NCBI GenBank assembly: GCA_965645245.1 | Contig: OZ287083.1 | Coordinates: forward strand, 558,001 to 622,000 | Source of the DNA: Massalongia carnosa | Lineage: Eukaryota | DNA: 64,000 nucleotides | Reading direction: 5' to 3' | Part shown: positions 37,983 to 49,030 of the stretch, one piece after another | Layout: each line of letters starts with the position of its first letter | How positions within the stretch are numbered: position 1 is the stretch's first letter | Notes under the pieces: generated by a model | Told to the model about the DNA's origin: nothing | What the model saw: the letters and a program-made list of their open reading frames with translations, nothing else | Databases searched by the model: none | Program-made: the position numbers and the translations under genes

Positions 37983-40615
37983 GGGTGCGGATACGGGCAC
38001 ACCCTATTAGCTACCTTAACACCCTACTTTGCTACCTTCACACCCTACTTGGATACATTCACACCCCCGAAAAAGTAACTGCAAAAGAGAAAGTTTCCGC
38101 CCCCTAAGCGGCGCGAAATTTTGCCGCACCTGAAATTTCGCTGCATCTTTCGCAAAATTTCGTCGCATCTTGGAATTTCGCCGCAACCTTCTTCTTACTC
38201 CTGCAGAATGTCATCTTCCGATGACACGTTCAATGGTTTTGATACCGAATCCAATTCTTCCGCTCCCAATCTCATCATCCTCGAAAGAGTCGCATCTGCC
38301 TCCCCTCCGCCAGCTTCTCCCCCTCCGCCAGCTTCTCCCCCTTCGTCAGCTTCAGCACCTCTTACTGCTCCGGAAGAAGGACAATCCTTTGAGTCTTTGG
38401 AAGACTTGATTCAACGAGTCAATGAGCATGCTGGCCCGCGCGGTTATGCAATTGTTCTCGCTCGTACGAAGAAGAATAAGGATGGAAATACGCGCAAAGC
38501 TTGGTTGATTTGCGATCGAGGAGGCAGAATGAGAGAACCTCGCGGACAAAGTCGTCGTCATACTGCCAGCAGAGCCATTGCTTGTCCCTTTTCAATGATT
38601 GCGATTCGGGAAAAAGAGTCTGATATCTGGTTTTTGGAAGTGGTCAAATCGGAACATAATCATGCCTCGAGTTTGGCAGGGGCTCATCCAGTGCATCGAA
38701 AGATGGCTATCACCGCCGAGGTAAAAGATGAGATATCGCGTCAGCTAACTGTTCAGACTGCTCCATCGAAAGTGATTTCGAGTCTGCACATACCTGATCT
38801 TACCACCGGAATCAATTGGGACGATCCGGCCAATCCTCGAGTCGTCAATCCCATGATCAAACCTCGAGACATCTACAATCTCAAGGCTCAACTTCGTCGC
38901 GAGGCTTTGGGACCGTTGACTCCCATACAGGCATTGATTCGAGAGCTTGATCAGAGCGACGCTTGGTTGTATCAAATGCAAAAGAATGAGGAGGATCGCA
39001 ATCAGATAACTCATTTATTCTTTGTAAAAGGAAGTTCCCGAACTTTTTTAAAGTCCAACTATGAGGTTCTGATCATGGATTGCACTTATAAAACCAATCG
39101 CTACAAAATGCCTCTTCTGATCATCAGCGGTTAAACCGCATTGCATACCAATTTCTATGTGGCTTTTTGCTTCATGGCCAGTGAGACAAAATTTGACTAC
39201 ACCTGGGTTTTGAGGCAAGTCAAAGCTCTATATTTGCAAATGGAGCTTCCAGATCCGACCGTCATTGGCACCGACATGGAAAGAAGTCTGATGCTTGCTC
39301 TTCGTGCGCAATTTCCTCGTACCAATCATCTGCTTTGCATTTGGCATATCAATAAGAATGTCGTCGCCAATTGCAAAAGACAATTCAGCAAGGAAGAAGA
39401 ATATCTAGCTACCACCTACATTACTCATGTTCAGCATTTCGTAAGATGCTTTACCAATCGAGTACTGCATTTTGACACCACCACTACTTCTCGAGGTGAG
39501 GGAGGGCATGCAGTGATCAAACGTCAATTAGGAACGTCGACCGGAGGTCTGAAAACGGTGGTGGACGGAATCAGTCTTTATTGCTGAACGAGTGTCATAA
39601 CTATTGGATCAAATTGAATGAGGACAAAACGCGATATCCGCTAGATCTTCGGAAATCAATTTTTCAGCAAATATCTCCATTCATCAGTACTAAGGCAATC
39701 AGAAGAATTAATTCTCAGTACGATTTACTGACCGGGAGACCGACGGCTCTGCCAGCATGTACGAATTCTATTACAACCAGCACCGGACTGCCTTGCAGTC
39801 ATAGAATTCAGGAAAGATTGTATGGCGAAGGAAGTTTATTGCTGGAAGACGTTCATCCACATTGGAGATTTGAAAGAAACGCTCCCGCCAATGATTTCAA
39901 TCTGCTGATAGTGGAAGAACCAGACATTATTCGACCTCATGGACGACCTTCGGGAGCGGAAAACAGAAGAACTCAAGCTTTCAATGCCTCTACGGGTCGA
40001 CAACCTTCTCAATTCGAGCGAGTTATTATGGAGACGGCAGAAGATGAAGAGGTGCCAGCGGATGTGGAACGGGTCATTCGTCGGGCGGATCCAGCCTCGA
40101 CAAGGGCGCGAGGCAGAAGAGCTCGAGCTGATCGAGCTGATCGAGGTGGTGGAGATGCGCGGGGGACGCGGGGGACGCAGGATGCGCAGGAGACTCGAGG
40201 GACTCGAGGTGCGCGAGGGATTCGAAGAAGTGCTCGGAATGCGCGAGAGAATCAGGGAGGTGAGGGAGATGTCAGAGATGGAGACGGCGAAAATGAGAGT
40301 TGAATGAAGCAGCGATAGATCAGGCAGGAAATGAGGTAGCTAGTCTGCTTTAAGTTTAGTAGCTTGAAATCAAGGTGCGAATGGCCAACATGGTGCCAAT
40401 CGACTCCGATTCCTAAGGTTCGAAAACATGGAATTTCTTCCTTCCCCATCTCAGGCGACAGAATTTCGCACCGCTTACCCTACTCGGGAAAGGGGGGGCG
40501 GAAACTTTTCCTTTTGCGGTTACTTTTTCGGGGGTGTGAATTTATCCAAGTAAGGTGTGAAGGTAGCAAAGTAGGGTGTTAAGGTAGCTAATAGGGTGTG
40601 CCCGTATCCCGACCC
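37983..40615 (+). mobile_element. Mutator-like (MULE) DNA transposon
   Basis: ~120-bp near-identical TIRs (GGGTGCGGATACGGGCACACCCTATTAGCTACC... / ...GGTAGCTAATAGGGTGTGCCCGTATCCCGACCC); 8-bp TSD TTCATTTA (37975-37982, 40616-40623). Confidence 0.95.
38208..40303 (+). pseudogene. MULE transposase (FAR1-type DBD, DDE, SWIM-like finger) with TAA at 39132 and a frameshift near 39580
   Basis: CDRGG...CPF...HNH; MDCTYKTNRYKMPL; TDME; LCIWHI; TTSRGEGGH; CTNSITTSTGLPCSH. Confidence 0.9.
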
Positions 40616-41387
40616 TTCATTTATTATATATTGTTAAATAAAATTTTATATACCTCAAATCATGACATCGAGAACTCAGAGTAATAGTCTAACCATTGGA
40701 CAAAGATTACAAGCATTATCATTGATTGAACACGGCATATCAGCCAAAGTCGTTCAAGCAATTACCGAAGTCTCCATTCAGTCTATTAGCTCTCTCAAAC
40801 GCAAGGCTCGAGATCGAGGATATGACCCCACAGTTTCACGGGTTCTGAAGGTAGAATATGTGCAAGATGCGCCTCGTTCGGGACGTCCTTCCAAAGTGAC
40901 GCCTGCAATAGAACAGGCTATCTTGAACAACGTTCGTCATGATCGAAACGGTAGAGAGAAATCCTCGGCCTCATTCTCGGTGTCCTTCGACGCAATAATT
41001 TTCGTTCCTGTAAGTCTACCATGAAACCGGGCCTTGATTCAGCGATGAAAGAGGCTCGATTGCAGTTTTATTTGCGTTATCGTCACTGGACGCTCGAAGA
41101 TTGGAAGAATGTTATATGGAGCGATGAAACCAGTGTTGTGTTAGGCTCTCGAAGGGGACGAAGACTTCAGTGGCGTACTTCGAAAGAAAAATATACTCAG
41201 ACGTGCATTCGACGTAGATGGAAAGGATGTTCCGAATTCATGTTTTGGAGTTGTTATTCGTATGAAAAGAAAGGTCCTTTTCATGTATGGAAGCCGGAGA
41301 CTGCATCAGAAAAACGGGCTGCTCAAACAGAAATTGACAAAATCAATAAGACGTTAGAGCCTTTAGCGAAAGAAAGTTGGGAACTGG

Positions 41388-41603
41388 TGTCAGGGTCTCG
41401 ACTTGAGGACGAGGACCCTCACCTCGAGAGACGTCTAGACCCTAACAACGCGACATCGGAGTTATACGGAAAGGACTTTCTTAGGAGTAGGACATCGGAT
41501 ATATTCAGTTCTTGTAGATAGCCAGTTGTCAGTTTATTCATTCCATCCTCGGCTGCCTCAGCCTTAGAGGGCTCCCACCCATTGCCTGTCGCAATTACTC
41601 ACA
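41388..41603. mobile_element. Solo LTR (216 bp)
   Basis: TGTCAGGG...CTCACA; 5-bp TSD ACTGG (41383-41387, 41604-41608); removal restores the Tc1 reading frame. Confidence 0.9.
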
Positions 41604-42236
41604 ACTGGAGACAGGCATGAAACGAATGGGACTGCATAACAAAGGAGGCCGAAAACTAACCTGGAGATGGGATGAAAAGCATGGAAAAGTGGTTCGAAAA
41701 GGCAAAGGAGGCGTCGATTGGTATCGATATCAAAAGATCATTCTTCTTCCTAAACGTCTTCCATTTGCTAAAGAATGTATGAAAGATCGTCCCGATACTA
41801 TTGTACAAGAGGACAAGGCTCTCAGTCATGCTTCCAAACATCAAGACCTTGTCTTTATGGATGCAGGAATTTTGCGTCTGCTGTGGCCGGGTAATTCTCC
41901 CGATTTAAACATGATCGAGCAATGTTAGCCTTCGATGAAAAGACAAACCACACGAAAAGGAGCACCTCGAAATCGTATTACGTGTAAGAACCACTATCCA
42001 GGGAAGACGGATAGTAGTCAGCTACCTAAGAGACTAAGCATGAAGAAGAGAAATCTATCTACAAAGAAGAATGTGAAATCTATATGCCCGTTTGCCCTTC
42101 TTCTCGAAGTTTCCATCCGGCTCTAGAAGCTTATCTCCGAAGCTTCGGTCGGAAAGAGCCGTTGGATTTAGCGCTCCCACACCCGAGTCCTGACACTACC
42201 CCCCCTCTTGGTTAGTTAGCGAGCTCCTGATCGCTG

Positions 42237-45200
42237 TCATGTGATTAGCTTCGGTCGCGGCTTCTTTGGATATTTCCGATGATATTCTTCCACAGTTTCT
42301 TTTGAATTCGCAAAATCTTCGGCCGGATACCATGTGTTATCCGGTGGGTAATTGCTCCATTTTACCTTGTATTGTAGCTTCTTGTTGAAAGTTCTTGAAT
42401 CCAAAATATCATCAATTTCAAATTCTTCCTCGTTGTCAATAATTACCGGTGGTGGAGGCGGGGGTATTTGTCCGGGCAATGGGTCTTTACTTGCTGGTCG
42501 GAGTAATGATGAATGGAAAACATCGTGTATTTTCATCGATGCTGGAAGATCTAACTTATAGCTATTCCCCAAAGCTTTTAATATCTTGTACGGTCCGATC
42601 ATCTTATGATCTAGCTTTTTCGAAGGCCTTTCCGTTTTGATATTTTTGGTTGATAGCCAAACTTCATCTCCTTCTTTATAGGTTGGTGCCTCCTCCCGAT
42701 GATTGTCCGCGAATCTCTTCTGACTTTCTTGGCTTCGTACTAGGTTTTCTTTTCCGAATTCCCAGATTTTCTCCATTGCTTGGCCGATATTTTTTGCTCG
42801 AGTTTTCAATATTCTTTCTCTGGCCGATCCGGTAGATGCGTCAATCGGATAGAAGCTCATCCTCGGTTCAAACCCATAGTTGACCTGAAATGGAGATAAT
42901 CCACTTGAAGCTGAGACACAGGCATTTGATGCGAACTCGGCCATCGATAGCCACTCTGTCCAGTCATCTTGCTGATAATTGACATAGGTTCTCAGATATC
43001 GCTCCATTTCTTGATTGGATATTTCGCTTTGACCGTCGGTCTCGGGATGGAATGCGGTTGATAACTTGGCTTTTATTCCCAGCATTACGCATAGCGATTT
43101 CCATACTAGCGATACGAATTGAGGTCCCCTATCTGAGATTATCGTGGTCGGTAGGCCATGCAATTTCCATACATGTTTTATTAGCATTCGGGCCGTCTCT
43201 TCGGCAGTTGTCCCTTCTTCGTCCGTGGTGCATGGAATGTAATGATGCATCTTGGAAAATCGGTCTACTACCATTAATATTGCATTATGACCTTTGCTTT
43301 CAGGTAGGCCAGTTACGAAATCCATTGATATATCTGTCCAGGGCCGGTCTGGTATAGGTAGCGGATTTAATAGTCCGGATTAACCGTCCCTTGGAGCTTT
43401 TGCTCTTTTGCATGTATGACAATTTCGAATGTATTGTTCTATGGTCCCTTTCATCTTTGGCCAAAAAAAGAATTTCTTCATCATCTCGTAGGTCCGCTTT
43501 ATTCCCGGATGGCCAACGGCTGGTTGATCGTGAACTTCCTGTATCAGCTTCATTCTCTTTTCTTCGGGGACAAATAGTTTGGCATTATTCTCGAGCGGAT
43601 CTTTCGACTTTTCCGCGTTGATCTCGTTCATTTCAAACCCCATTTCCTTTTGGATTTGAGGGTCTAGGCTTTCGAGAGGTAAGATTATCTGATGTTGATG
43701 CCTTTGCCTGTCATCTTCCTCTGATTCGGGCCTGTCTCCTGGTCTTCTAGTTAGTGCATCTGCCTTTGTATGGAATTTTCCAGCTTGGTATGTGATGACA
43801 AAATTGAAATCGGCCAGAAATTCAGCCCATCTGGCCTGTCGCCTATTTAGCTTTTTGGTTGTCATGAAATATTCCAAGCTTTTGTGGTCGGTCAACACTT
43901 TGATTGGGAGCTCGGTGGATTGCAGCTCAGGCCTCCATTGTTCGAAACATTTGATTATTGCAAGCAATTCTTTATCGTATATTTCATAATTGCATTCGGC
44001 TGGCAACAGGCTCTTTGAAAAGAAGGCTACTGGTCTGATAAGTCCATCTTCACCTCTTTGCGATAATACTCCGGCTGACACATAATCAGATGAATCCGAT
44101 TCCACGAACGTTTCTCGGCTTGGGCTGAAATGCGCGAGGACCGGGGCCTCGGTCACCCGTCTTTTCAATTCGGAAAAAGCTGCTTGGCAGGCTGGGGTCC
44201 AATTGAATGGTTCGTCTTTTCGAGTTAGATGTACGAGGGGTTTGGCTATTTTGGAGAAGTCTTTGATAAAACGTCTATAAAAGTTGATAAATCCTAGAAA
44301 GGCCTGCACCTGTTTAAGATGCCTAGGGATGGCCCATTCGACGACTGCCTCAATTTTGGTAGGGTCCATCTTGATCCCATTCCGCCCGACTACCACTCCT
44401 AGGAACTTTGTTTCGGTCATATGGAATTCGCATTTATCCACATCAGCCTGAATACCAGCTTCTCGAAGCTTTTGTAGAACTTTTCGAACATGTTTTCGGT
44501 GGTCAGTCATGGTTTCACTATAAACCAAGAGATCGTCCAGATAGGCTATTAGGAATTCGTCTAGATATTCTAAGAAGGTATCGTTGATGAAGTTCTGAAA
44601 CGTAGCAGGGCCGTTGGTCAGTCCGAAGGGTAATACTAGAGATTTATATGACCCAAATCGCGTGCGGAAGGTTGTGAGATCTTCGTCCTTTTCGGTTTTC
44701 ATCCTAAGTCGGTTAAAGGCATGTCGAATATCTATTCTTGTCAAAAATCTAGCCCTGGCCAATCGAGACATTATCTCAGATATCAGAGGTAGGGGATATC
44801 GATTTTTTTTGGTGATTTCGTTTAGCTTTCGATAATCGACGCAGAACCGAAGTCCTCCACTCGGTTTCTTGGCGAATAGTATCGGCGAGGCAAAAGGGGC
44901 CGAGCTGGCTGTAACAAATCCTTTCTTCAGATTTTCTTCCAAATATCTCTTGACCAGTAGGAGTTCTCCCTCTGACATATTATATAGCGGGGCACGCCCG
45001 GGTCCTTTACCTTCTAGCAATTCGATGGTATGGTCATGCTTTCTATGAGGGGGCAGTTCATCAGCTTTTTCCTTAGAGAAAACATCAAGAAAATCGTGAT
45101 ACTCGGGGGGGACTATGGTCTTAGGATCGGTGATTGGCTTTTCTCCCTTGGCTAGTTCAAAGTTGATATCTCTCAGCGAGACTGCAAATATCTCGACATC

Positions 45201-45944
45201 CTTTTGTTTCGTTAATACATTAAATGGGTCTGCACCTATCATCGCTATATCCAGGGCTTCTTCGCTCTCGGCGTCTTTTCTCCAAGACTTTTGCTTCAAG
45301 ATATCTTCCTTTCTTGATCTTCGAACTGAAATCGGGTTCGAGTTGCTATGATTCTTTTCATCGGGTTCGTCTCTTTTCAATATCTTCTTTGGTTGGAATA
45401 TAGGCGTGGTGTCCTTTGTTGAGCCCGGTTCTTCTCTCCTGATTGGCGACGATGGGAAAGGCCTTTCAGGGGCACCTAGATGATTGCAATGATCGGGACG
45501 AAAAGAAATCGAATTCGTATGCCCATGATAGCTAACACCATGTTTTCGCATCCAAGGCTTGCCAAGAATAATCGTTTGTTGGCCCAGCTCGGTGATCAAC
45601 ATTGGTGTTGAGCTCTCGGTATGATTTCCAATTTTCAGAGATGGATAAATGGCCTGGGTAATAGGCTTGCCTTTTCTTCCATCATATGCCTTTATCTCTT
45701 TCCGTCTATTTAACGTCACCGGTGAGATATTAGCCTTTTCACATATTTCCTGCGCAGTTAGTCTATCAACAAAACAATAACCAGTAGATCCAGTATCAAT
45801 CATCGCTCTCGTATTAAATTTATTTCCTACGATACAATCTTCCATTACTGGATGGTCATCGAATAAATCATCCTCCATAAAGAAAGATGTGATAACCAAC
45901 TCATCTACCCCCGCCGCGTCTATGACGGAGGTGCGTCTTTTCCC
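42237..45944 (-). pseudogene. pol: Chromovirus pol (PR-RT-RNaseH-IN-chromodomain) with one in-frame TAA at 43380-43382
   Basis: IDTGST; LRFCVDYRKLN; YLDD; ESDSSD...YDKELLA; H-H-C-C finger; SDRGPQF...QSE; FEIDDILD...YKVKW...TW chromodomain; ORFs 43380-45899 and 42237-43325 share a frame. Confidence 0.95.
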
Positions 45945-47215
45945 GAATCTTCTGCTTCTGCGCTCATCTCGCTAACCCGTCCCTTTCTAGGCTGAGGGCA
46001 GTCTTTGGCCATATGCCCGGTCAGATCGCAGTTAAAACATCTTCCTTCCTTCATTCTTTTCTCCATGATTGGATCGGGATGGGGGGCTCGGGCCATAAAG
46101 GGCGTTGAAGATCGGCTGCTGGTGGCGGAAGGCATTGCGGGAGTACGGGTTAATGCGGGGGTGGAGGCCTTTACGATGGAGGTGGTCCCACCGGCCGTGC
46201 TTGCGATAGGTACTGAGGGGCCAATAAAGTTCTTTCGATAGCCTTTCGTCTTGGTCTCAACCTCGCGGATGGTCTGATCAGTATGCATGCATAGGCGTGC
46301 GAATTCATACAAATCGGTGGCCTTGTAGGCCTCGACGGCTAGCATCTTCTGGAGCTCAAAGTTCATCTTGTTGCGGAGCTCATTCAGTAGGGTCTTTTCG
46401 GAATATTCAAGTTCGTTGGCTAAGCGTTGGAATTCTGACCAGAAGGCATGGAATTCTCGATATTTACCCACTTGTTTAAGGTCGCGGAATTCTCGCAGTG
46501 CTGTTTGTTCCTTGTGAGGGTCACCATATACTCGGTTTAAATCATCGAAAATCTCTTCGGCAGTGGTAAATGGTTTGGTAGACTCCTTTCTAAATCTAGA
46601 GGCTATATGCTTGACTGCCTCACCACCAACCCGAGTCCGTACGTATGCCTTTTTCATGGCCTCGGTAGGGTACCAATCCGCATTGCCTTCTAGCTTATTT
46701 CGCATGCTAGATAGCCAGTCCTCGAAGTTGTCGTCTTTATTATTTTCGAGAATGGGTGGGTCAGGAAGCTTGGAAGATTTGCCAACTCCTTCGGGGGCAG
46801 GTGTTGACGCGGTAGTGGTCGTGTGTGTATGCACATTCTCGGCCGATACGGTGCTTGCGGACGATATGTTGGTGTTTTGAAGAAATTGGATTATCACCTT
46901 AGCTTTATCCAATTCCTCTTGGGCCGAGTCCCGCTCATCGCGAAGGGTCCGGGCTATCTCTAACGTTTCATTGAATCTTTCGGCCACCTTGTTCAATAGG
47001 TGGGTCTTCGTTCGGGACTCCGTCTTCAACTCAGTTATCATTTCCACCACCCGCTGGGGGTCCTGGCGGACAAATTCATTCAGTCTATCCACGGAGTCGA
47101 TGCTATATGGGGAGTCATCATCGATAATATTAGGGACAATGGACTCACGTCGGCCCTCCATGGGTTCGTCCATAGTGAGCCTACTCCTTCGAGGCTCGCT
47201 GATTACTCGGGGCAT
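45920..47215 (-). CDS. gag: Retrotransposon Gag
   Basis: 431-aa ORF; KLPDPP...W capsid-like region; CFNCDLTGHMAKDC zinc knuckle. Confidence 0.93.
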   Translation of the reverse strand: MPRVISEPRRSRLTMDEPMEGRRESIVPNIIDDDSPYSIDSVDRLNEFVRQDPQRVVEMITELKTESRTKTHLLNKVAERFNETLEIARTLRDERDSAQEELDKAKVIIQFLQNTNISSASTVSAENVHTHTTTTASTPAPEGVGKSSKLPDPPILENNKDDNFEDWLSSMRNKLEGNADWYPTEAMKKAYVRTRVGGEAVKHIASRFRKESTKPFTTAEEIFDDLNRVYGDPHKEQTALREFRDLKQVGKYREFHAFWSEFQRLANELEYSEKTLLNELRNKMNFELQKMLAVEAYKATDLYEFARLCMHTDQTIREVETKTKGYRKNFIGPSVPIASTAGGTTSIVKASTPALTRTPAMPSATSSRSSTPFMARAPHPDPIMEKRMKEGRCFNCDLTGHMAKDCPQPRKGRVSEMSAEAEDSGKDAPPS

Positions 47216-47716
47216 TTCTTCTTTCTTTCTTGGGGGTGTTCTTATCTTGTGATCTTCTATTCGATGGCCGAGAAATCCTGGTTTCTACGATCCTGGGTTC
47301 TGGTTCTTCTGGGTCTGAGTTCTTCTTTTGATTCTGGTAATTCTGGTGGCCTAGAAATCCTTGCTTCTAAGGTCCTATGATCTGGTTCTAGTCTAAGTTC
47401 CGGGTTCTTCTTCTAATTTTCCTGGTTGAACGGTTTAATATCGTGTTCAGGATAGCAAGGGTTAAAGAAGATGCTTAGTCTAATGTAAGAACCACTATCC
47501 AGGGAAGACGAATAGTAGTCAGCTACCTAAGAGACTAAGCATGAAGAAGAGAAATCTATCTACAAAGAAGAATGTGAAATCTATATGCCCGTTTGCCCTT
47601 CTTCTCGAAGTTTCCATCCGGCTCTAGAAGCTTATCTCCGAAGCTTCGGTCGGAAAGAGCCGTTGGATTTAGCGCTCCCACACCCGAGTCCTGACATTAC
47701 GGTTGCCAAAGCATGG

Positions 47717-48687
47717 TGTTGAATATTCAACCCCTAACAGTACAGTGAACACCTACCAGTTCAATGAACATAGCACCTACGACTGCCCAAGAGGGACAGA
47801 GCACCACGCGGTGCGAAAAAAAGTTGACACATGTCAAGGACTGGGCAGGGGATTGAACTAATGTTCCTAGGAATTGGATTGGGTGATCAAGATGTCTTTA
47901 TTAATAAGGCTATAGCTAGGTGATGGATTGCTATACAAGACGTCGGACAAGGAGTCAACTATCTAATTAACTTGTCCTTCATTTTATATTTGTCTCGAAC
48001 CCTTTGCATGAAGATTCGATCAGTGTTCATCTCCCCCTATTAGGAGACGTACGGCACGAAGGTTTGACGAGGTGTTTGACGATAAAAGGTGGAGATGAGG
48101 TTCTCCTGTCGTTGGTACGCTTTGATACAGCTTTGACCTGAAGCCGTTGAGAGGGGTCTAAACTCGATTTAGTTAATGAGATTCTGACTAAGCTGAATAG
48201 AGGAACGGGAGCTTAGTCAGATTCATCTGCGGGATTGATTCTGGATCGGGTTGGTTCGATTTCATGACAACACACCAAAACTCGTCAGTACGCATAAAAC
48301 TACACAACTATCAAAGCTTCAACATAATATAGAAAATCAACAACAGATGAACCAGTAAAACAGACTTGATAGAGTAATAGAGTTATGTGTTCAAATTCTC
48401 CTTAACTTTTCTGAAATGTATTACTTAACGATGTAGCCTATCATATATTTTTGGTGTGTCAACTATTTTTCGCACCGCGTGAGCACCTACAGAAACCGTA
48501 GATGCCGTATTAGGCTTAGCCTAGAGATTAGATAAGATTGGCTCAGATAATCTTATCACATCGCTTAGCAGAGGGTGACCAGTTATGGGACAAAGACTGC
48601 TGAACAGTACTCTTCATCCTTAACATCACGGTCATACATACCATTTTATCATAGCCATATAGCCATAGTCATATACCTATTTCAACA
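47717..48687. mobile_element. Solo LTR (~289 bp once its internal insert is removed), copia-like termini
   Basis: TGTTGAA...TTCAACA; 5-bp TSD CATGG (47712-47716, 48688-48692); removal restores the Tc1 frame (AKAWTQCW). Confidence 0.88.
47805..48481. mobile_element. Non-autonomous TIR element (677 bp) with CAC...GTG ends and 5-bp TSD
   Basis: 27-bp TIR CACGCGGTGCGAAAAA(A/T)AGTTGACACA, 26/27 identical; TSD AGCAC (47800-47804, 48482-48486). Confidence 0.9.
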
Positions 48688-49030
48688 CATGGACTCAGTG
48701 CTGGATCAAAGATTTCAAACAGGAACAAATTCAGCATTGGATAGAACGAATTCCACGACATATCGAGAAAGTCATTGCTTTGAATGGGGAAACGAGTATC
48801 GAGAAGGTCGAGACAACGGTGTAATTCGACCATACAATTCGGAAGATCGTCGCATTCGCTATCGCAAAAATATGAAGCCTGATGACGATGATATAGACTG
48901 ATTTAGGCCTGATTTTAATGTATTATATCGTTAGAAATGAAGTTGATAAAGGTGAAGACGATAATCAAAATACGTAAATATGGAAAGGGGGCAATAGCGC
49001 TGCGCTAAATGCTTAGTGTTATTCTTAGCG

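Larger units (their letters stand above)
41983..47696 (-). mobile_element. Full-length Ty3/Gypsy chromovirus LTR retrotransposon
   Basis: 213-bp LTRs 41983-42195 and 47484-47696 with one mismatch, TG...CA; TSD TTACG; PPT AAGAGGGGGGGTAG beside the 3' LTR; gag-PR-RT-RH-IN-chromo order. Confidence 0.98.
40662..48901 (+). pseudogene. Tc1/mariner DD34E transposase fragmented by three nested insertions
   Basis: Removing 41388-41603, 41983-47696 and 47717-48687 (plus one TSD copy each) restores DAPRSGRP...VIWSDET...ESWELETGMKR...VQED-34aa-E (WPGNSPDLNMIE)...RITVAKAWTQCW...WIERIPRHI...NEYREGR; TIRs not resolved. Confidence 0.9.

Noticed and set aside
37896..49023. TTAGTGTTATT at 37896 and 49013 flanking the nest
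   Set aside because: Short AT-rich match; cannot be tied to a TSD or TIR, so the Tc1 host ends are left unresolved
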